From the IMG/VR virus record IMGVR_UViG_3300029268_000023, positions 1 through 52,519 of that record: a DNA stretch of 52,519 nt; one strand, written 5' to 3'. Shown piece after piece: positions 19,338 through 30,167 of the stretch (its first letter is position 1; the number at the start of each line of letters is the position of its first letter). The translations under genes and the position numbers were made by a program. Source of the stretch: a virus (taxonomy: Duplodnaviria; Caudoviricetes). Under the pieces are notes generated by a model. The model did no database searches and had not been told where the DNA came from. It saw only the letters and a list, made by a program, of their open reading frames with translations.

Positions 19338-20285
19338 TTAATTCCAATAATCGGCAGGCGTATCTGATATTAACGATAAACTACCTCGACAACGTGATAA
19401 TGGTACCATGTAAAGAGGTGTTGTTGCAAGAAAGTAACCATGCACACCCTCAAACACAGTATTTATAGGTCTAACTGATTCAATAGCTTTTATTATGCTT
19501 TGTTGCTGATTTACATCAAATGAATAGTTAGTTCTACTTTTATTTATATTAAATAAGACTGCCATATGAGGAGTCGGAAAGTAGCTGTCCGGAATTTCAC
19601 TTAAATCTTCAGTCAGCTGGTTAACATTAGTGTTCCAACTTATGTTAGAGTGTTTCCAATTATTCTCATAATCATCTGTGTAATAATTAACTATATCTGC
19701 AACAAGACCAAAAGAAAACAGCATTACTTTCACAGCATTTGTGGTAGTTTTTATTTTATACCAGTGGGGTAAATTGCTAACCATGAAACGTAAATATTTC
19801 TTTCTAACATTCTCATAACATACACCATCATTTTCAAATGTTCCCAACTCACCTCTATTAACATCTATATCATATCCTAAATATGAAGCAAAATGCTGGA
19901 GGAAATCTAAGTCTATTAAATCAGGATCATGTGTCTCTGTTAATCTATATACTTTTTCTAAAATAGATATTCTTGGGTCAGCTGATGCTGAGAGAAGCGA
20001 GTTGCTATGAGAGTCAATATTGATCATATCAGCACTTAGAGAAGTAGTTCCTCCATATGCTGAGACTACAGTAGCACTTGTTTGAATATATCCTTCAGTA
20101 CCAGAGTACATTTCGTTTAGATAACCTTCAAAAAACTGAGTAAAATCAAAAATATCACTTTGTTCTTTAAGATATGTTGGAAGAAACTCTGTTAAGTTAA
20201 TTAATCTATTTCCACCATAACGTATAGGATCTCTATTACCACAGATTGTAATATAATTAGATTTTACTTTATTTGTTTCACTCAT
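19338..20285 (-). CDS. Baseplate wedge protein (gp7/P2 gpI-like)
   Basis: DPDLID..FL.HFA..LG, WYKIKTT, IESVRPIN. Confidence 0.65.
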   Translation of the reverse strand: MSETNKVKSNYITICGNRDPIRYGGNRLINLTEFLPTYLKEQSDIFDFTQFFEGYLNEMYSGTEGYIQTSATVVSAYGGTTSLSADMINIDSHSNSLLSASADPRISILEKVYRLTETHDPDLIDLDFLQHFASYLGYDIDVNRGELGTFENDGVCYENVRKKYLRFMVSNLPHWYKIKTTTNAVKVMLFSFGLVADIVNYYTDDYENNWKHSNISWNTNVNQLTEDLSEIPDSYFPTPHMAVLFNINKSRTNYSFDVNQQQSIIKAIESVRPINTVFEGVHGYFLATTPLYMVPLSRCRGSLSLISDTPADYWN

Positions 20286-20294
20286 TTTAACCTC

Positions 20295-22499
20295 TTATAT
20301 GGAATCGAATACAACTGTGCATCTAATAGAGAATGTTTGATCAGCAACACCATTAAACACATGTGATATTGTTGGACCAGTTGACACCTCATATACTCCT
20401 GGATAATTATCATAATCAAAATACCAATGATACTCTACAACTCTATATTTAGAAGTTACAACATTAGCTGTAAAATCAACTAACAGAGGAGTGAATCCAG
20501 CTCGTGGTGTTCCTGTAAAATCTACTTCAATATCATTGATTAATGTTATTGCAGGAACTCGAGGAAATAGATTTAACCAAGCACCAGCTGGAATAGTTGT
20601 CAGATCAACTACAACAGCACCAGGACTTCCAAAATTAAAAGCTCCTGCTGTTAGTCTTGATGAGTTCCAGAAACCAGTGTTATATCCACTTGTTTGCCAA
20701 ACTGAAGATCTGGTTGCACTTGTCAGAGGAAGGTTATAGTAATAATAATTTAATTTAGAATATCCTTCAGATAGTTGTATTTCATCATATGTTGGAAAAT
20801 TTTCTGTTGGTACAAAATCAAATACACATCCACTAACTATAACATTTCCACTTGTTTGAGTTGCTGACACAGCTTGCAAAATCGTACTTTGAGACTCTGT
20901 GAAAACACAATTGTCAAAGAAAATAGTGCCATAATTTGCATCCAAATCATATATAATGCTTTTAGCAAAATAACAATCTCTAAAGTTAACAATATTATTT
21001 TTATGATACGATATAGTTTCACCAACATATTCTGTAAATTGACCATCTGCACTTATAAAAGAACAGCCAAGGAAATCTATAGTCCACTGTTTCTGTGACG
21101 TTGATGTGATATTTTCATAGAAAATATTATTTCTAAAAATATATGAACCTGAGACAGGTGATATTGATATGTCTCCTTCAGAACCACCTCCTGTCTCGAC
21201 AGCTGGATCTAATATAATACCATTTTCAACAACACATACACTAAAAGCTGATAATGATAATTTAGGATCACTTTCTACATTTGATAGTCCAAACATAACA
21301 CATGATGCTGGATTATCTGCTGAAAGCTGCCATGGTTCTCCTGTTACCCAAGGAGATATTGTGCAACCATATTTTGTTTGAAACTCAACCCCGTAAGTGG
21401 TATTACCTTGTCCCTTTACATAATATACATCATTAGATTGTTGTGTTACACCAGCATGTGCAGATAATCCAGTTATAGTTGATAATTCTGGACTACCAAA
21501 TTGAGTATACTGATCAAGTTGATTTATTGTTAATGGGTTAGCAGATGTTCCTGTTCCTGACGTAGTAGTGCTACAATCAACAAACAGGAATGGATCATAC
21601 TCATAACAACTAACTCCATCATTACCAACTGCAGCATAAATTCTATTATTTTTATAACATAAATCATAACCATGAGTTATAAAATCTTGATATACTTTTG
21701 TAAAAGTAGTGCCATCATATGTTATTCCAAGCACATCATTATTTGTTCCAGTAACCCATAAAACTCTACCATCACCAACTGCTGCTAAATCATTGACAAG
21801 CATACCAGGACTATCATATGTTGCGGCACATGTTAATGTTGATCCATTAAACGTGTATAAATCTACTCCTGTAGAAGCTTTTGATCCATATATGTACCTT
21901 TTATCGCTTCTGAAATCTTTAAAATCATATTCATCAATTGACACATCATTTAATGAGTATGCTATAGCTGATGTAACTAAGTTGAAATCAGCACCATCAA
22001 ATGTGGTTACTATTAGTCCCCAACCTGTAGCCAAAAATATATTCCCGTCTTGAGCCACTTTAATTGTTTCATGAGATCCATATACAGCTGATGTAACATA
22101 TATTAGATTATATAATGGTGGATCAAATGAATAAGCTTTAACATATCCACTTCCTCCAACGAAAACATAATTATCTTTTCCACCAACACAGTTAACACTG
22201 TCTGCTGATGTGCCAATAGCAAGATTGTCTATGAACGTGAAACTTGATCCATCAAAAGTTAAAACCATAACTCCAAAATGATCTATAGGAACTATTAGGT
22301 GAGTTCCATTACTCCACATTCTTCTGATACTATAAGGTAAAGTTGTATCAAATGAGTCCAGATGTGTTAAAACACCACTATCATCACTAAAAGCATGGAC
22401 AATTCCATCTACAGTTCCACCATAAACATACGTACCATCATGATATATTACTCTGAAATCTCCAACTGGATCGACATTAGAATGTTTCTTAAACTCCAT
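20295..22499 (-). CDS. Structural protein: beta-propeller-like repeats plus C-terminal PKD/Ig-like domain
   Basis: TFDGxxF repeats; DFTGTPRAG.TPL.VDFT...YHWYFD PKD motif. Confidence 0.65.
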   Translation of the reverse strand: MEFKKHSNVDPVGDFRVIYHDGTYVYGGTVDGIVHAFSDDSGVLTHLDSFDTTLPYSIRRMWSNGTHLIVPIDHFGVMVLTFDGSSFTFIDNLAIGTSADSVNCVGGKDNYVFVGGSGYVKAYSFDPPLYNLIYVTSAVYGSHETIKVAQDGNIFLATGWGLIVTTFDGADFNLVTSAIAYSLNDVSIDEYDFKDFRSDKRYIYGSKASTGVDLYTFNGSTLTCAATYDSPGMLVNDLAAVGDGRVLWVTGTNNDVLGITYDGTTFTKVYQDFITHGYDLCYKNNRIYAAVGNDGVSCYEYDPFLFVDCSTTTSGTGTSANPLTINQLDQYTQFGSPELSTITGLSAHAGVTQQSNDVYYVKGQGNTTYGVEFQTKYGCTISPWVTGEPWQLSADNPASCVMFGLSNVESDPKLSLSAFSVCVVENGIILDPAVETGGGSEGDISISPVSGSYIFRNNIFYENITSTSQKQWTIDFLGCSFISADGQFTEYVGETISYHKNNIVNFRDCYFAKSIIYDLDANYGTIFFDNCVFTESQSTILQAVSATQTSGNVIVSGCVFDFVPTENFPTYDEIQLSEGYSKLNYYYYNLPLTSATRSSVWQTSGYNTGFWNSSRLTAGAFNFGSPGAVVVDLTTIPAGAWLNLFPRVPAITLINDIEVDFTGTPRAGFTPLLVDFTANVVTSKYRVVEYHWYFDYDNYPGVYEVSTGPTISHVFNGVADQTFSIRCTVVFDSI

Positions 22500-23119
22500 T
22501 ATATACCTCTATTACTCCAATTTAAATGTATGTATCCGGATGTAATCGGAATAATTTGTTTTCTATAAATCTTTTTATTGAATGCTGCGAAAGCCCAATC
22601 TTTTGGAAAAATATCTAAGCTGTTGTGTAGCTTATCTCGAACTGCTAAATATTTATTAATAGTGTTTATTAAGAATTCTTTGAAGAAATTAGTGTTACTT
22701 CCGTTATACATTATATTGCAATCAATGAACGGATGAGAGTATATTCCAAAATGAACACAATCTTCAAAAGTAAGTGACTTTTCTAATTTAATATCAGTGT
22801 CACAATAAAGCGTTTCTGCAACAGTTGATAAAAAGTGATATCGGATTACATCGGATTGAGCCCAAAAAAACTTTTTATTTTTTGGGATATAATTCCAAAC
22901 ACATTCTATGTTTGTGTCTTTAAGCATGTCTCTAATATAAGTGTTTACATTAATTATCTTAATGTTCTTTCCTTTTAAAAAAGAAAATTCCTTAGTCCAC
23001 TTTGGAGAAGTTATCAAAAAGTATTTGTCATCTTTATGAACACAATCAACAACAGACTTCATACATTCAATTAACTCTTCACCTGGTTCTTCACCTATCC
23101 ATATTTGTACATAGTTCAT
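22499..23119 (-). CDS. DXD glycosyltransferase (GT32/OCH1-like)
   Basis: QIWIG, QSDVIRY..L, LYCDTDI. Confidence 0.75.
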   Translation of the reverse strand: MNYVQIWIGEEPGEELIECMKSVVDCVHKDDKYFLITSPKWTKEFSFLKGKNIKIINVNTYIRDMLKDTNIECVWNYIPKNKKFFWAQSDVIRYHFLSTVAETLYCDTDIKLEKSLTFEDCVHFGIYSHPFIDCNIMYNGSNTNFFKEFLINTINKYLAVRDKLHNSLDIFPKDWAFAAFNKKIYRKQIIPITSGYIHLNWSNRGI

Positions 23120-23121
23120 AT

Positions 23122-25926
23122 TTAACTCTTGTATAAAACATTAGTGTTAATTGTTACTCTAACTATTTCATTACCCATTGAATATCCACCTCGAACATAT
23201 GATGTGACTTCTTGTCCACTGATTGTTAGAGTTTCATGCTCTCGTGCAATGTTACCATGACTATCAAGCATGTTGAATTTAATTATATACATTAAATCTT
23301 TGTGCATATCATTCATTAATGAATAAAAGTTAGCTGTCTTTGTAAACAATATACCATTTATAGTAACAATGTTTGCAGTGTTGATGGAGTCAACAATATT
23401 TTTTACCAGCTCTGTATAAAAAACTCTCTCATTAATTTTATTAGACCAATTTAGATAATCAGCATACACATATGTATACGGGTCGAAAGTAGTTGATAAT
23501 GTGTTGATTGATCTATAATCTGTTCCAAACACTCTGTATTTATTCATAAAGTTAGTAATAGCTGTAGTTATTATTGACCCAACAGCTAATTTGTCATTTA
23601 ATGTAACTAATTGGGCATATCTTTCATGAGTTCCATTAAGTAAATTAACAGTATTTAACCAACTTGTTTGACCGTATGGTAAAGCATCAACAGATGGTTC
23701 TATTCTAACATCAGTATACAGAACATTTGGAATATCATCTATAAGTTGCACTATATTAGATTTATATACATCTAAATTAAAATCAGCATTATCATCAAAC
23801 CACAAATATATTCTATCATTTATTTGACTCTGTATAGAATCTCTGTTTGCAAGCTGTTTGATGTATACATTTCCTGTTAATTTAAAGTCTTGTATGATTG
23901 GTGAAATATAAACATTCTTAACAGTTAACTGAGATCTCTGATTAAGGTCAGCTACAACATCGTCTATTTTTGTGCTATAAGCAAAACCAGTATTAGAGAA
24001 AATTGTATTCTGAACTGTTCCTTGACTTAATCCAATAACGTTATTTGAATTTGGATTAAAGTACATTAAACTTGCAGAATCATGTACAGCTGATACAGCA
24101 TTTTCAGCATCTCCAAAGATTTTGAATTTGAATTTATTTTGCTCTAAAATAACATCAACACTATCCCAAAGTCCCAAATTAATAAAAGAAGTCTCAATTC
24201 CAGTAATTAAATCAGCATATGAAGAATAAGCTGATGTGTAGTTACTGAAAGCAGATACCTGAGTAGTAACCAATGTATTTTTATTAAAGTTAACAAGTCC
24301 TATTGACAACTGTGAAAGTCTTGCTTTAAAAGTGTTATAATCTGTCGTTGAAATACCAGACCAAACTGTTGTTAAATCTTGTCCAACGATTGTTGTATAT
24401 TCTGATGCAGAAGATATAGTTGATAATTCTTGTTGAAATTTAATTTGCTCAACTGTATTTTGATTAACGAACACAGTCATGTAGTTCTGAGATGGCATTT
24501 GAAATTCATTATAGTCAGAATCCAATACAACATCAGTCATATCTGTTTTTACAGATGATGCTCCTTCAATAACATTATACATAGATGCAACACAGCTGAA
24601 TAAAACGACATTGAATAATTTCTTAACAGCCGGAACATCTATAGCAGACGTAAATGTGCGCATGTTAAGAATCTCTTCTTGTTCTCCCCAAGCTATAGCA
24701 TTATTAACATTAATAGGTGATGTTAATGATTCAATAAATGTGATATAATCTCTTTTTGTGACAAGGCGATCGAGAGAGTAAAATATACCTGGAGCGTTAA
24801 CTTTGATTGATTCATTGCTTTCAATATCAGCACCACCAATAATATTTGATAGCAATTCAAACTCTACATTAATTCCATAATTATTAACTGTATCAATAAC
24901 ATCAACAGTTTGACCTATTACACCAACCTCATTAGCAACTGAGCCAAGTGTCGATAAATACTGCACAAAAATATTATTGTTTGCAGTAACTGCACCCTTT
25001 AAACCTTTGGCAACATACTTATCATCACCAAATTTAAGCTCTATTCCACCATCAGTAGCCGTTCTTATTAAGCATATCTTCTGAGATACCGCTACATCTG
25101 AATTAAAATCATAGAAATTAACAAACTCTTGAGTTAGAAGAGATCGTCTATCAACATTATATAAATTGGTATCTTCAAAAGCAGCACCTGGAGTCGATCC
25201 AATACCAACTTTCGTAACAGCTCCTGTAACATAATCTTTTGATCCATAGATATTACTAAAAGATGGGTCACTTAATCTATATGTTTGAAATATAGCATTG
25301 TGTTGATCATTTCCAACACTTGCAAATTTAGCATATTTTATTTCACCCTGAATTAACTCAATTTTTGAACTATCAGCATTAATGATCAGTTCTTTTTCAT
25401 ATGCTGGTCCTTGAGCTATATCAGATGCTGATAAAGTATAACTAAATAAATTCTTTAGGATAAAACTTTTACCACTTACTTCAAATCGAGTATATTGAGG
25501 AATTTGAACTTTAATCAAACCATCAGCTACATCTTGAGCGGTAAATCCATTACCAGCATAAGTTATATCACCTGTAATTTTAACTTTCATAGTAGTATTG
25601 GCAGGAACTGGACGCTGAATATCATATGCCAAGTTGCGTGATAAAGCAATAACAGAACTTTGTAGTTGTGCAGAGTCAAAGAAACTTTCTTCTGCTCTAC
25701 GCTCTAACAAATAATTTACTAAATCAGCCGTTCCAGCAAACATTTCTAACATTAACTGAGCTATAGCAGATTCTCTAAAATTATCAAAATTTCTATCTTG
25801 TGATAATCTATTATTAATAGCGTCAACTATATCTTTGTATGTTAGTCCAGTGTAATTTAAAAAATTAGTTGTACTCAACAACTTATTTCGTAAAAGTTCT
25901 GCTGCTATTTCAGTTTGTGAAGCCAT
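23122..25926 (-). CDS. Baseplate wedge subunit, gp6-like
   Basis: ESFFDSAQLQSSV, LKFGD, GGADIESNESIK.NAP, RLVTKRDY, AWGE. Confidence 0.88.
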   Translation of the reverse strand: MASQTEIAAELLRNKLLSTTNFLNYTGLTYKDIVDAINNRLSQDRNFDNFRESAIAQLMLEMFAGTADLVNYLLERRAEESFFDSAQLQSSVIALSRNLAYDIQRPVPANTTMKVKITGDITYAGNGFTAQDVADGLIKVQIPQYTRFEVSGKSFILKNLFSYTLSASDIAQGPAYEKELIINADSSKIELIQGEIKYAKFASVGNDQHNAIFQTYRLSDPSFSNIYGSKDYVTGAVTKVGIGSTPGAAFEDTNLYNVDRRSLLTQEFVNFYDFNSDVAVSQKICLIRTATDGGIELKFGDDKYVAKGLKGAVTANNNIFVQYLSTLGSVANEVGVIGQTVDVIDTVNNYGINVEFELLSNIIGGADIESNESIKVNAPGIFYSLDRLVTKRDYITFIESLTSPINVNNAIAWGEQEEILNMRTFTSAIDVPAVKKLFNVVLFSCVASMYNVIEGASSVKTDMTDVVLDSDYNEFQMPSQNYMTVFVNQNTVEQIKFQQELSTISSASEYTTIVGQDLTTVWSGISTTDYNTFKARLSQLSIGLVNFNKNTLVTTQVSAFSNYTSAYSSYADLITGIETSFINLGLWDSVDVILEQNKFKFKIFGDAENAVSAVHDSASLMYFNPNSNNVIGLSQGTVQNTIFSNTGFAYSTKIDDVVADLNQRSQLTVKNVYISPIIQDFKLTGNVYIKQLANRDSIQSQINDRIYLWFDDNADFNLDVYKSNIVQLIDDIPNVLYTDVRIEPSVDALPYGQTSWLNTVNLLNGTHERYAQLVTLNDKLAVGSIITTAITNFMNKYRVFGTDYRSINTLSTTFDPYTYVYADYLNWSNKINERVFYTELVKNIVDSINTANIVTINGILFTKTANFYSLMNDMHKDLMYIIKFNMLDSHGNIAREHETLTISGQEVTSYVRGGYSMGNEIVRVTINTNVLYKS

Positions 25927-25941
25927 TTAAATTCCTCTCAA

Positions 25942-26331
25942 TTATATAAAAATCTTTTTCTGCCAAATCGATGATTTTCCGCTACGTTTTATAATATACG
26001 GTATAACCAGTGTTATAGAATTATCATCCGTTTTATTGATAACTCTCATGTCAGCCTCAATTAATCTAACTCTATCTTCCCATCTTTTAATAGCAGCTGC
26101 AACTCCATTAAGAAGATTTTCGCCGTCATTTGGAGTCATTGTTTCAAACAACTTGCCCCAAACAGGAGATCCAAATGGTAAATTAAAAAGTCTTTCTCCA
26201 AAATAGGTTGCAACAATCATTTCAATGCTTTGCTTGACAGCATCTTCATCCCACACCTCACCTTTAGATATAATATTTTTTGATATATCATAGGCCCAGT
26301 GTTCAGAATATTCTTTAGGTAGGATTGGCAT
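25942..26331 (-). CDS. Baseplate wedge/sheath initiator, gp25-like
   Basis: AVKQSI...T..GERLF..PFGS...LFE...I.RWE.RV. Confidence 0.88.
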   Translation of the reverse strand: MPILPKEYSEHWAYDISKNIISKGEVWDEDAVKQSIEMIVATYFGERLFNLPFGSPVWGKLFETMTPNDGENLLNGVAAAIKRWEDRVRLIEADMRVINKTDDNSITLVIPYIIKRSGKSSIWQKKIFI

Positions 26332-26415
26332 TTTTAATTATTCTTTTTGTAGTTGAAATTAAACATGAATATTTAGGGAGACTAATAGTTCATGAATATT
26401 TATAATTCAACTTAA

Positions 26416-26440
26416 ATAGAAAGGAGTTCTTTCGAACCCC
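26416..26440 (-). terminator. Intrinsic terminator
   Basis: GGGGTTC-GAAA-GAACTCC-TTTCT, followed downstream by TATAAATA (26397-26404). Confidence 0.7.
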
Positions 26441-26447
26441 AATCATA

Positions 26448-26873
26448 TTACTCAAGTTCTTCGGCGGTAGGTTCAAAAATAAGAGGATAAAGCTGATCGA
26501 AATTGGCTGCTGATACCTCATCAGGAATCATATTCAACTTTATTCCATACATCTCGATCTCCAATTCCTCTGAAAGAAACTGTTCAGCTTCTTCTCTTTC
26601 ATTCTTATACTTTTCCTCAACCTGTCTAAATTTTTCAATATCGGTTACATAACCTTTATCATTTACAAGCTTTTCATCAATAAGTTCTTGACGATAATTC
26701 TTTAGCTTTTCAGTGACAACATCATTAATATCTTTGATCTCTTCTGTCAAAACACGCTTATTTCTGCTTAGGAAATAAGAAAAAGCCATTGGATATTTTT
26801 CTCCACTACCAACAAGAGAGGCAATTGTGTTACCGATAGAGACGATTTCGTTTTTAGTTAGTTTAACTTTCAT
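26448..26873 (-). CDS. Hypothetical protein
   Basis: Strong SD AAGGAG; helical and acidic. Confidence 0.75.
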   Translation of the reverse strand: MKVKLTKNEIVSIGNTIASLVGSGEKYPMAFSYFLSRNKRVLTEEIKDINDVVTEKLKNYRQELIDEKLVNDKGYVTDIEKFRQVEEKYKNEREEAEQFLSEELEIEMYGIKLNMIPDEVSAANFDQLYPLIFEPTAEELE

Positions 26874-26921
26874 GTGATTAACTCCTTTTCAATTGTTTTT
26901 GATTTCAATTCATTATATTTA

Positions 26922-27251
26922 TTATTCATTTGCATCAGCAGCTGATGTAAAACCAGACAATGTTTTAATCCATTCATAAATCTGAGTTTTTTCATTTACT
27001 GCACTTGTATCATAATTTACAATACATGGACCATTTTCTACAGGAATTAGTCCATTTGCAAATCTGTAAATAGGATTAAATGTTTCGAACGGTGTTTTAC
27101 CATTCTTATAAGCGTTTCTACTTTTATATACACTAACAGTTGCATCAGCGTTATTTCCTCTTACAACATGTTGTGTAATTACGAAATAAGCGTTTGCTAT
27201 TTCATCACCCTCTTCATTAGATGGTGGTAGATATGACATCTTTAAAGCCAT
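26922..27251 (-). CDS. Hypothetical, possible fibre-associated/assembly protein
   Basis: MALK...AY......YEWIKTL.GF..A pattern seen next to fibre genes. Confidence 0.6.
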   Translation of the reverse strand: MALKMSYLPPSNEEGDEIANAYFVITQHVVRGNNADATVSVYKSRNAYKNGKTPFETFNPIYRFANGLIPVENGPCIVNYDTSAVNEKTQIYEWIKTLSGFTSAADANE

Positions 27252-27262
27252 AATAATTCTCC

Positions 27263-28042
27263 TTATTTAGGCGGTTTACTATTTAAAATCTTTTTTATAT
27301 CTATTACTGACACTACTTGATCTAAGTGATGATTCACCACACAATCACAATCAACCAGTAAATCATAACCATGTTTCTTTGCATTCATACAGAAGTATAT
27401 ATCTTCATGAATTTTCAAAGTTGATGGATCACCATTCTCATTCATAAAATTAACTGTTTCAACACTGAACCACTCATATTTACATTTTTCAAAAACACTT
27501 CTATGAATCTTACAAAACCCCATTCCATGCCAATCAACTTTTCTTATACCTTTGTTATTCTGTGTAAGCCATTTAGAAATAACACCTTTGAAATTGGACT
27601 TGAAATAACCAGCACAATAATTTTTCTTAGGGTTGGCTCTCTCAGCATACGCACCACTTAAAATAGGAGCTGTATTATTTAGTAACTGTATAATGTGAGC
27701 ATATGTAAAACTGGTGTCACTATCTATAAACCAATAATAATCATAATCTTCTGGCAGTTTTTGTTTTATTGCTTGAGATTTATGTAAATTGATGCAAGCA
27801 TTTCTACCTTCATCTATAAACGTACATCTTACTCGTCTCCACTCAAATATAAAATCATCTGTCTCATAAACTGTTTTCGGCTGATAGTATTTATATTGTT
27901 GATAAGATAGTCTTGATAATTCATCGAAACTTTTTTCTATTGGCAACAGACTATTCCAGTTTCGATGAATGTTTCCATCTAAATCAATATACCACTCATT
28001 ATAAAATACTGTGCAGAACAAAATCTTTGGCTTCTTTATCAC
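27263..28042 (-). CDS. GT-A (GT2-like) glycosyltransferase
   Basis: IDEGRN, WFIDSD, GMGF..I.R.VFE, HEDIYFC, H. Confidence 0.8.
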   Translation of the reverse strand: MIKKPKILFCTVFYNEWYIDLDGNIHRNWNSLLPIEKSFDELSRLSYQQYKYYQPKTVYETDDFIFEWRRVRCTFIDEGRNACINLHKSQAIKQKLPEDYDYYWFIDSDTSFTYAHIIQLLNNTAPILSGAYAERANPKKNYCAGYFKSNFKGVISKWLTQNNKGIRKVDWHGMGFCKIHRSVFEKCKYEWFSVETVNFMNENGDPSTLKIHEDIYFCMNAKKHGYDLLVDCDCVVNHHLDQVVSVIDIKKILNSKPPK

Positions 28043-28094
28043 AATAAACCTCTTTTCAATAATATTTCAATGCAATCATATTTATATTTTATAA

Positions 28095-30155
28095 TTATGC
28101 TGCAACATACGTGCCAAAAACCGTAATGTGTCTATTGTTAGCATCGTTTTGATGATTTCCTGTTAAATCTGTACCATATGATTCAAGCTTAATGTATCCT
28201 GTTGATGCTGTACGAACCACAACAGGGTAATATGTTGTACCATTTCTAACAGTTCCTGCACCAATAGCTGAATTATTATCAGCTATGTTAGCAATAGGAT
28301 TTATAGGTAAATTGATATTAATAACACCAGTTCCACTTCCTGCTGTTCCTCCAGTTGTATTTAATAGATTGATCCAGAAATGTACTATATTACCAACTCT
28401 TTTATATTTTGATGATGATATAGTATATGATGGATCTGTACCTGCTGGAACATCAGCTGTCACCGACCATGTAGTATAAGCAACAGTGTAAATATCAGTT
28501 ACAACTTGTGTGTTCGTGTTTAGCTTAATAATTCCAACACCTGCTGTAGTTAGCTCAATATCTCCAGCAGATCCAGCTTCAATCAAAATATTTCCACTAT
28601 TTCCAGTTAATAGTTTTAATGTGTTCGTTAAATATCCTCTAACAAAGAATGTACTTGCTCCTGAATCATAATATATTTGACCCGCTTGACTGGCTGTTCC
28701 AAAATTCATTAGAGCAGCTGCTGGAATGTTTATATCTCCAACATTTGTAATAGTAAATCGTTCAACCATCGTGCCTGATCCACCAGCTGTTCCAGAAACC
28801 ATTGACTGGAATGTAAGAGTTCCATTATAAACACGGAGTGAAGCGGCTGGACCATTAACTATATAGTCCCAGTTTGTAGTGTAACGTGCATTAGAATTAA
28901 CATATATATCTGTTGTAGCTGTTCCTGCCATTATATCAGTTTGTCCAAACTCAATAGCTTTATACCCAACATTCCATGATCCTGGTGCTTTTCCAACTCC
29001 GATATTGCCAGATAGTATAACAGCATTACCAGCTGATTCAAATATAATACTGTTACTAATATGTCCAAGCGTATCTGTAAATTTTGTTAAGTAATTTGCA
29101 GTACCAGTTCCATGATTGTGTCCAGACAGTGATAAATCTGATGCATGTAAACCATCAAGTTTGTCAGCATTTAAATTAGTAACTAATGTATCACTCAAAA
29201 CAGTTAGTGGGGATGTTCCGGCTGCTATAGTGCTTCCAAATCGAGCGGCACTAATATTGAACGCTCCTGCTTCCCAATTTGCTGTAAGTTGTTTAGAACC
29301 ATCTCTTCTTATATATTGAATATGATCATCAGCTGACAAATTAGTTAAGTTAGAGTGGTTGTGAAAGTGACCATCATCTTTAACATACAAATTACCATCA
29401 CCACTAACAGCAAGTGAATTAGTATCATATAACAAGATTATTGTTTTATCTGCAGATAAACTTCCTCCTCCAGATAGTGGAGCGGTCGTGAAGATATCTC
29501 TTTCACTGAAAGCTGATGTTATAGCAGTATTCGTATAACTATTTGCAGCTGCTAATGAGCTTGCTGATGATAGCGATATTTTGTTATTTAAAAAATCAAG
29601 AGCTTCAGTTACATTATCACTAACAACAATAGTTGATGCATTTGTTATTTGAGAACTATTATAGTCACCAGATACAGCTATAACTATTCCTTGTCTACCA
29701 AAAATACTAACAACAGCACCACTTATTGTACTTGAGCCAGCACTAATATTAACATTTCTCCACATATTATCAATAGCGTTAAACACTAATGATTGACCAT
29801 CTTGTGCATTAATAATTTCAACATCTGCTAAATCATCTAATGTTGCACTTGTCTGCAACATATTAATAACAGCACTTGTTATACCATCAAGAATTAGTGA
29901 TAGTGTTGGCTGGTTATCAATATTTTGTTCATATCCACCTAAAACAGTTATATCACCATTAATACCTTGAGCAGTATCAACAGTGTAAATTCTTTGATAT
30001 GGAGCAGCACTTGTTTCAATATTAGGAGCAATAGCAGATATATCAAGACCAGTAAGAGCAAACACACGATGAGGTGGCATTGATTCAAAATTGAATCCAT
30101 ATTGCGTTGTTAGGTAATTAATAACATCTTGCTTCACTGCATCATGATTAAGCAT
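28095..30155 (-). CDS. Tail fibre protein
   Basis: LDDLADV, SIFGRQG, LSADDH.QY, VTNLNADKLDG, YKRVGNIV...LP C-terminal fibre motifs. Confidence 0.8.
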   Translation of the reverse strand: MLNHDAVKQDVINYLTTQYGFNFESMPPHRVFALTGLDISAIAPNIETSAAPYQRIYTVDTAQGINGDITVLGGYEQNIDNQPTLSLILDGITSAVINMLQTSATLDDLADVEIINAQDGQSLVFNAIDNMWRNVNISAGSSTISGAVVSIFGRQGIVIAVSGDYNSSQITNASTIVVSDNVTEALDFLNNKISLSSASSLAAANSYTNTAITSAFSERDIFTTAPLSGGGSLSADKTIILLYDTNSLAVSGDGNLYVKDDGHFHNHSNLTNLSADDHIQYIRRDGSKQLTANWEAGAFNISAARFGSTIAAGTSPLTVLSDTLVTNLNADKLDGLHASDLSLSGHNHGTGTANYLTKFTDTLGHISNSIIFESAGNAVILSGNIGVGKAPGSWNVGYKAIEFGQTDIMAGTATTDIYVNSNARYTTNWDYIVNGPAASLRVYNGTLTFQSMVSGTAGGSGTMVERFTITNVGDINIPAAALMNFGTASQAGQIYYDSGASTFFVRGYLTNTLKLLTGNSGNILIEAGSAGDIELTTAGVGIIKLNTNTQVVTDIYTVAYTTWSVTADVPAGTDPSYTISSSKYKRVGNIVHFWINLLNTTGGTAGSGTGVININLPINPIANIADNNSAIGAGTVRNGTTYYPVVVRTASTGYIKLESYGTDLTGNHQNDANNRHITVFGTYVAA

Positions 30156-30167
30156 GTAAACTCTCCA

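Noticed and set aside
26364-26402. 12-bp direct repeat CATGAATATTTA x2
   Set aside because: Only two copies, overlapping late-promoter-like sequence. Not a CRISPR or iteron array.
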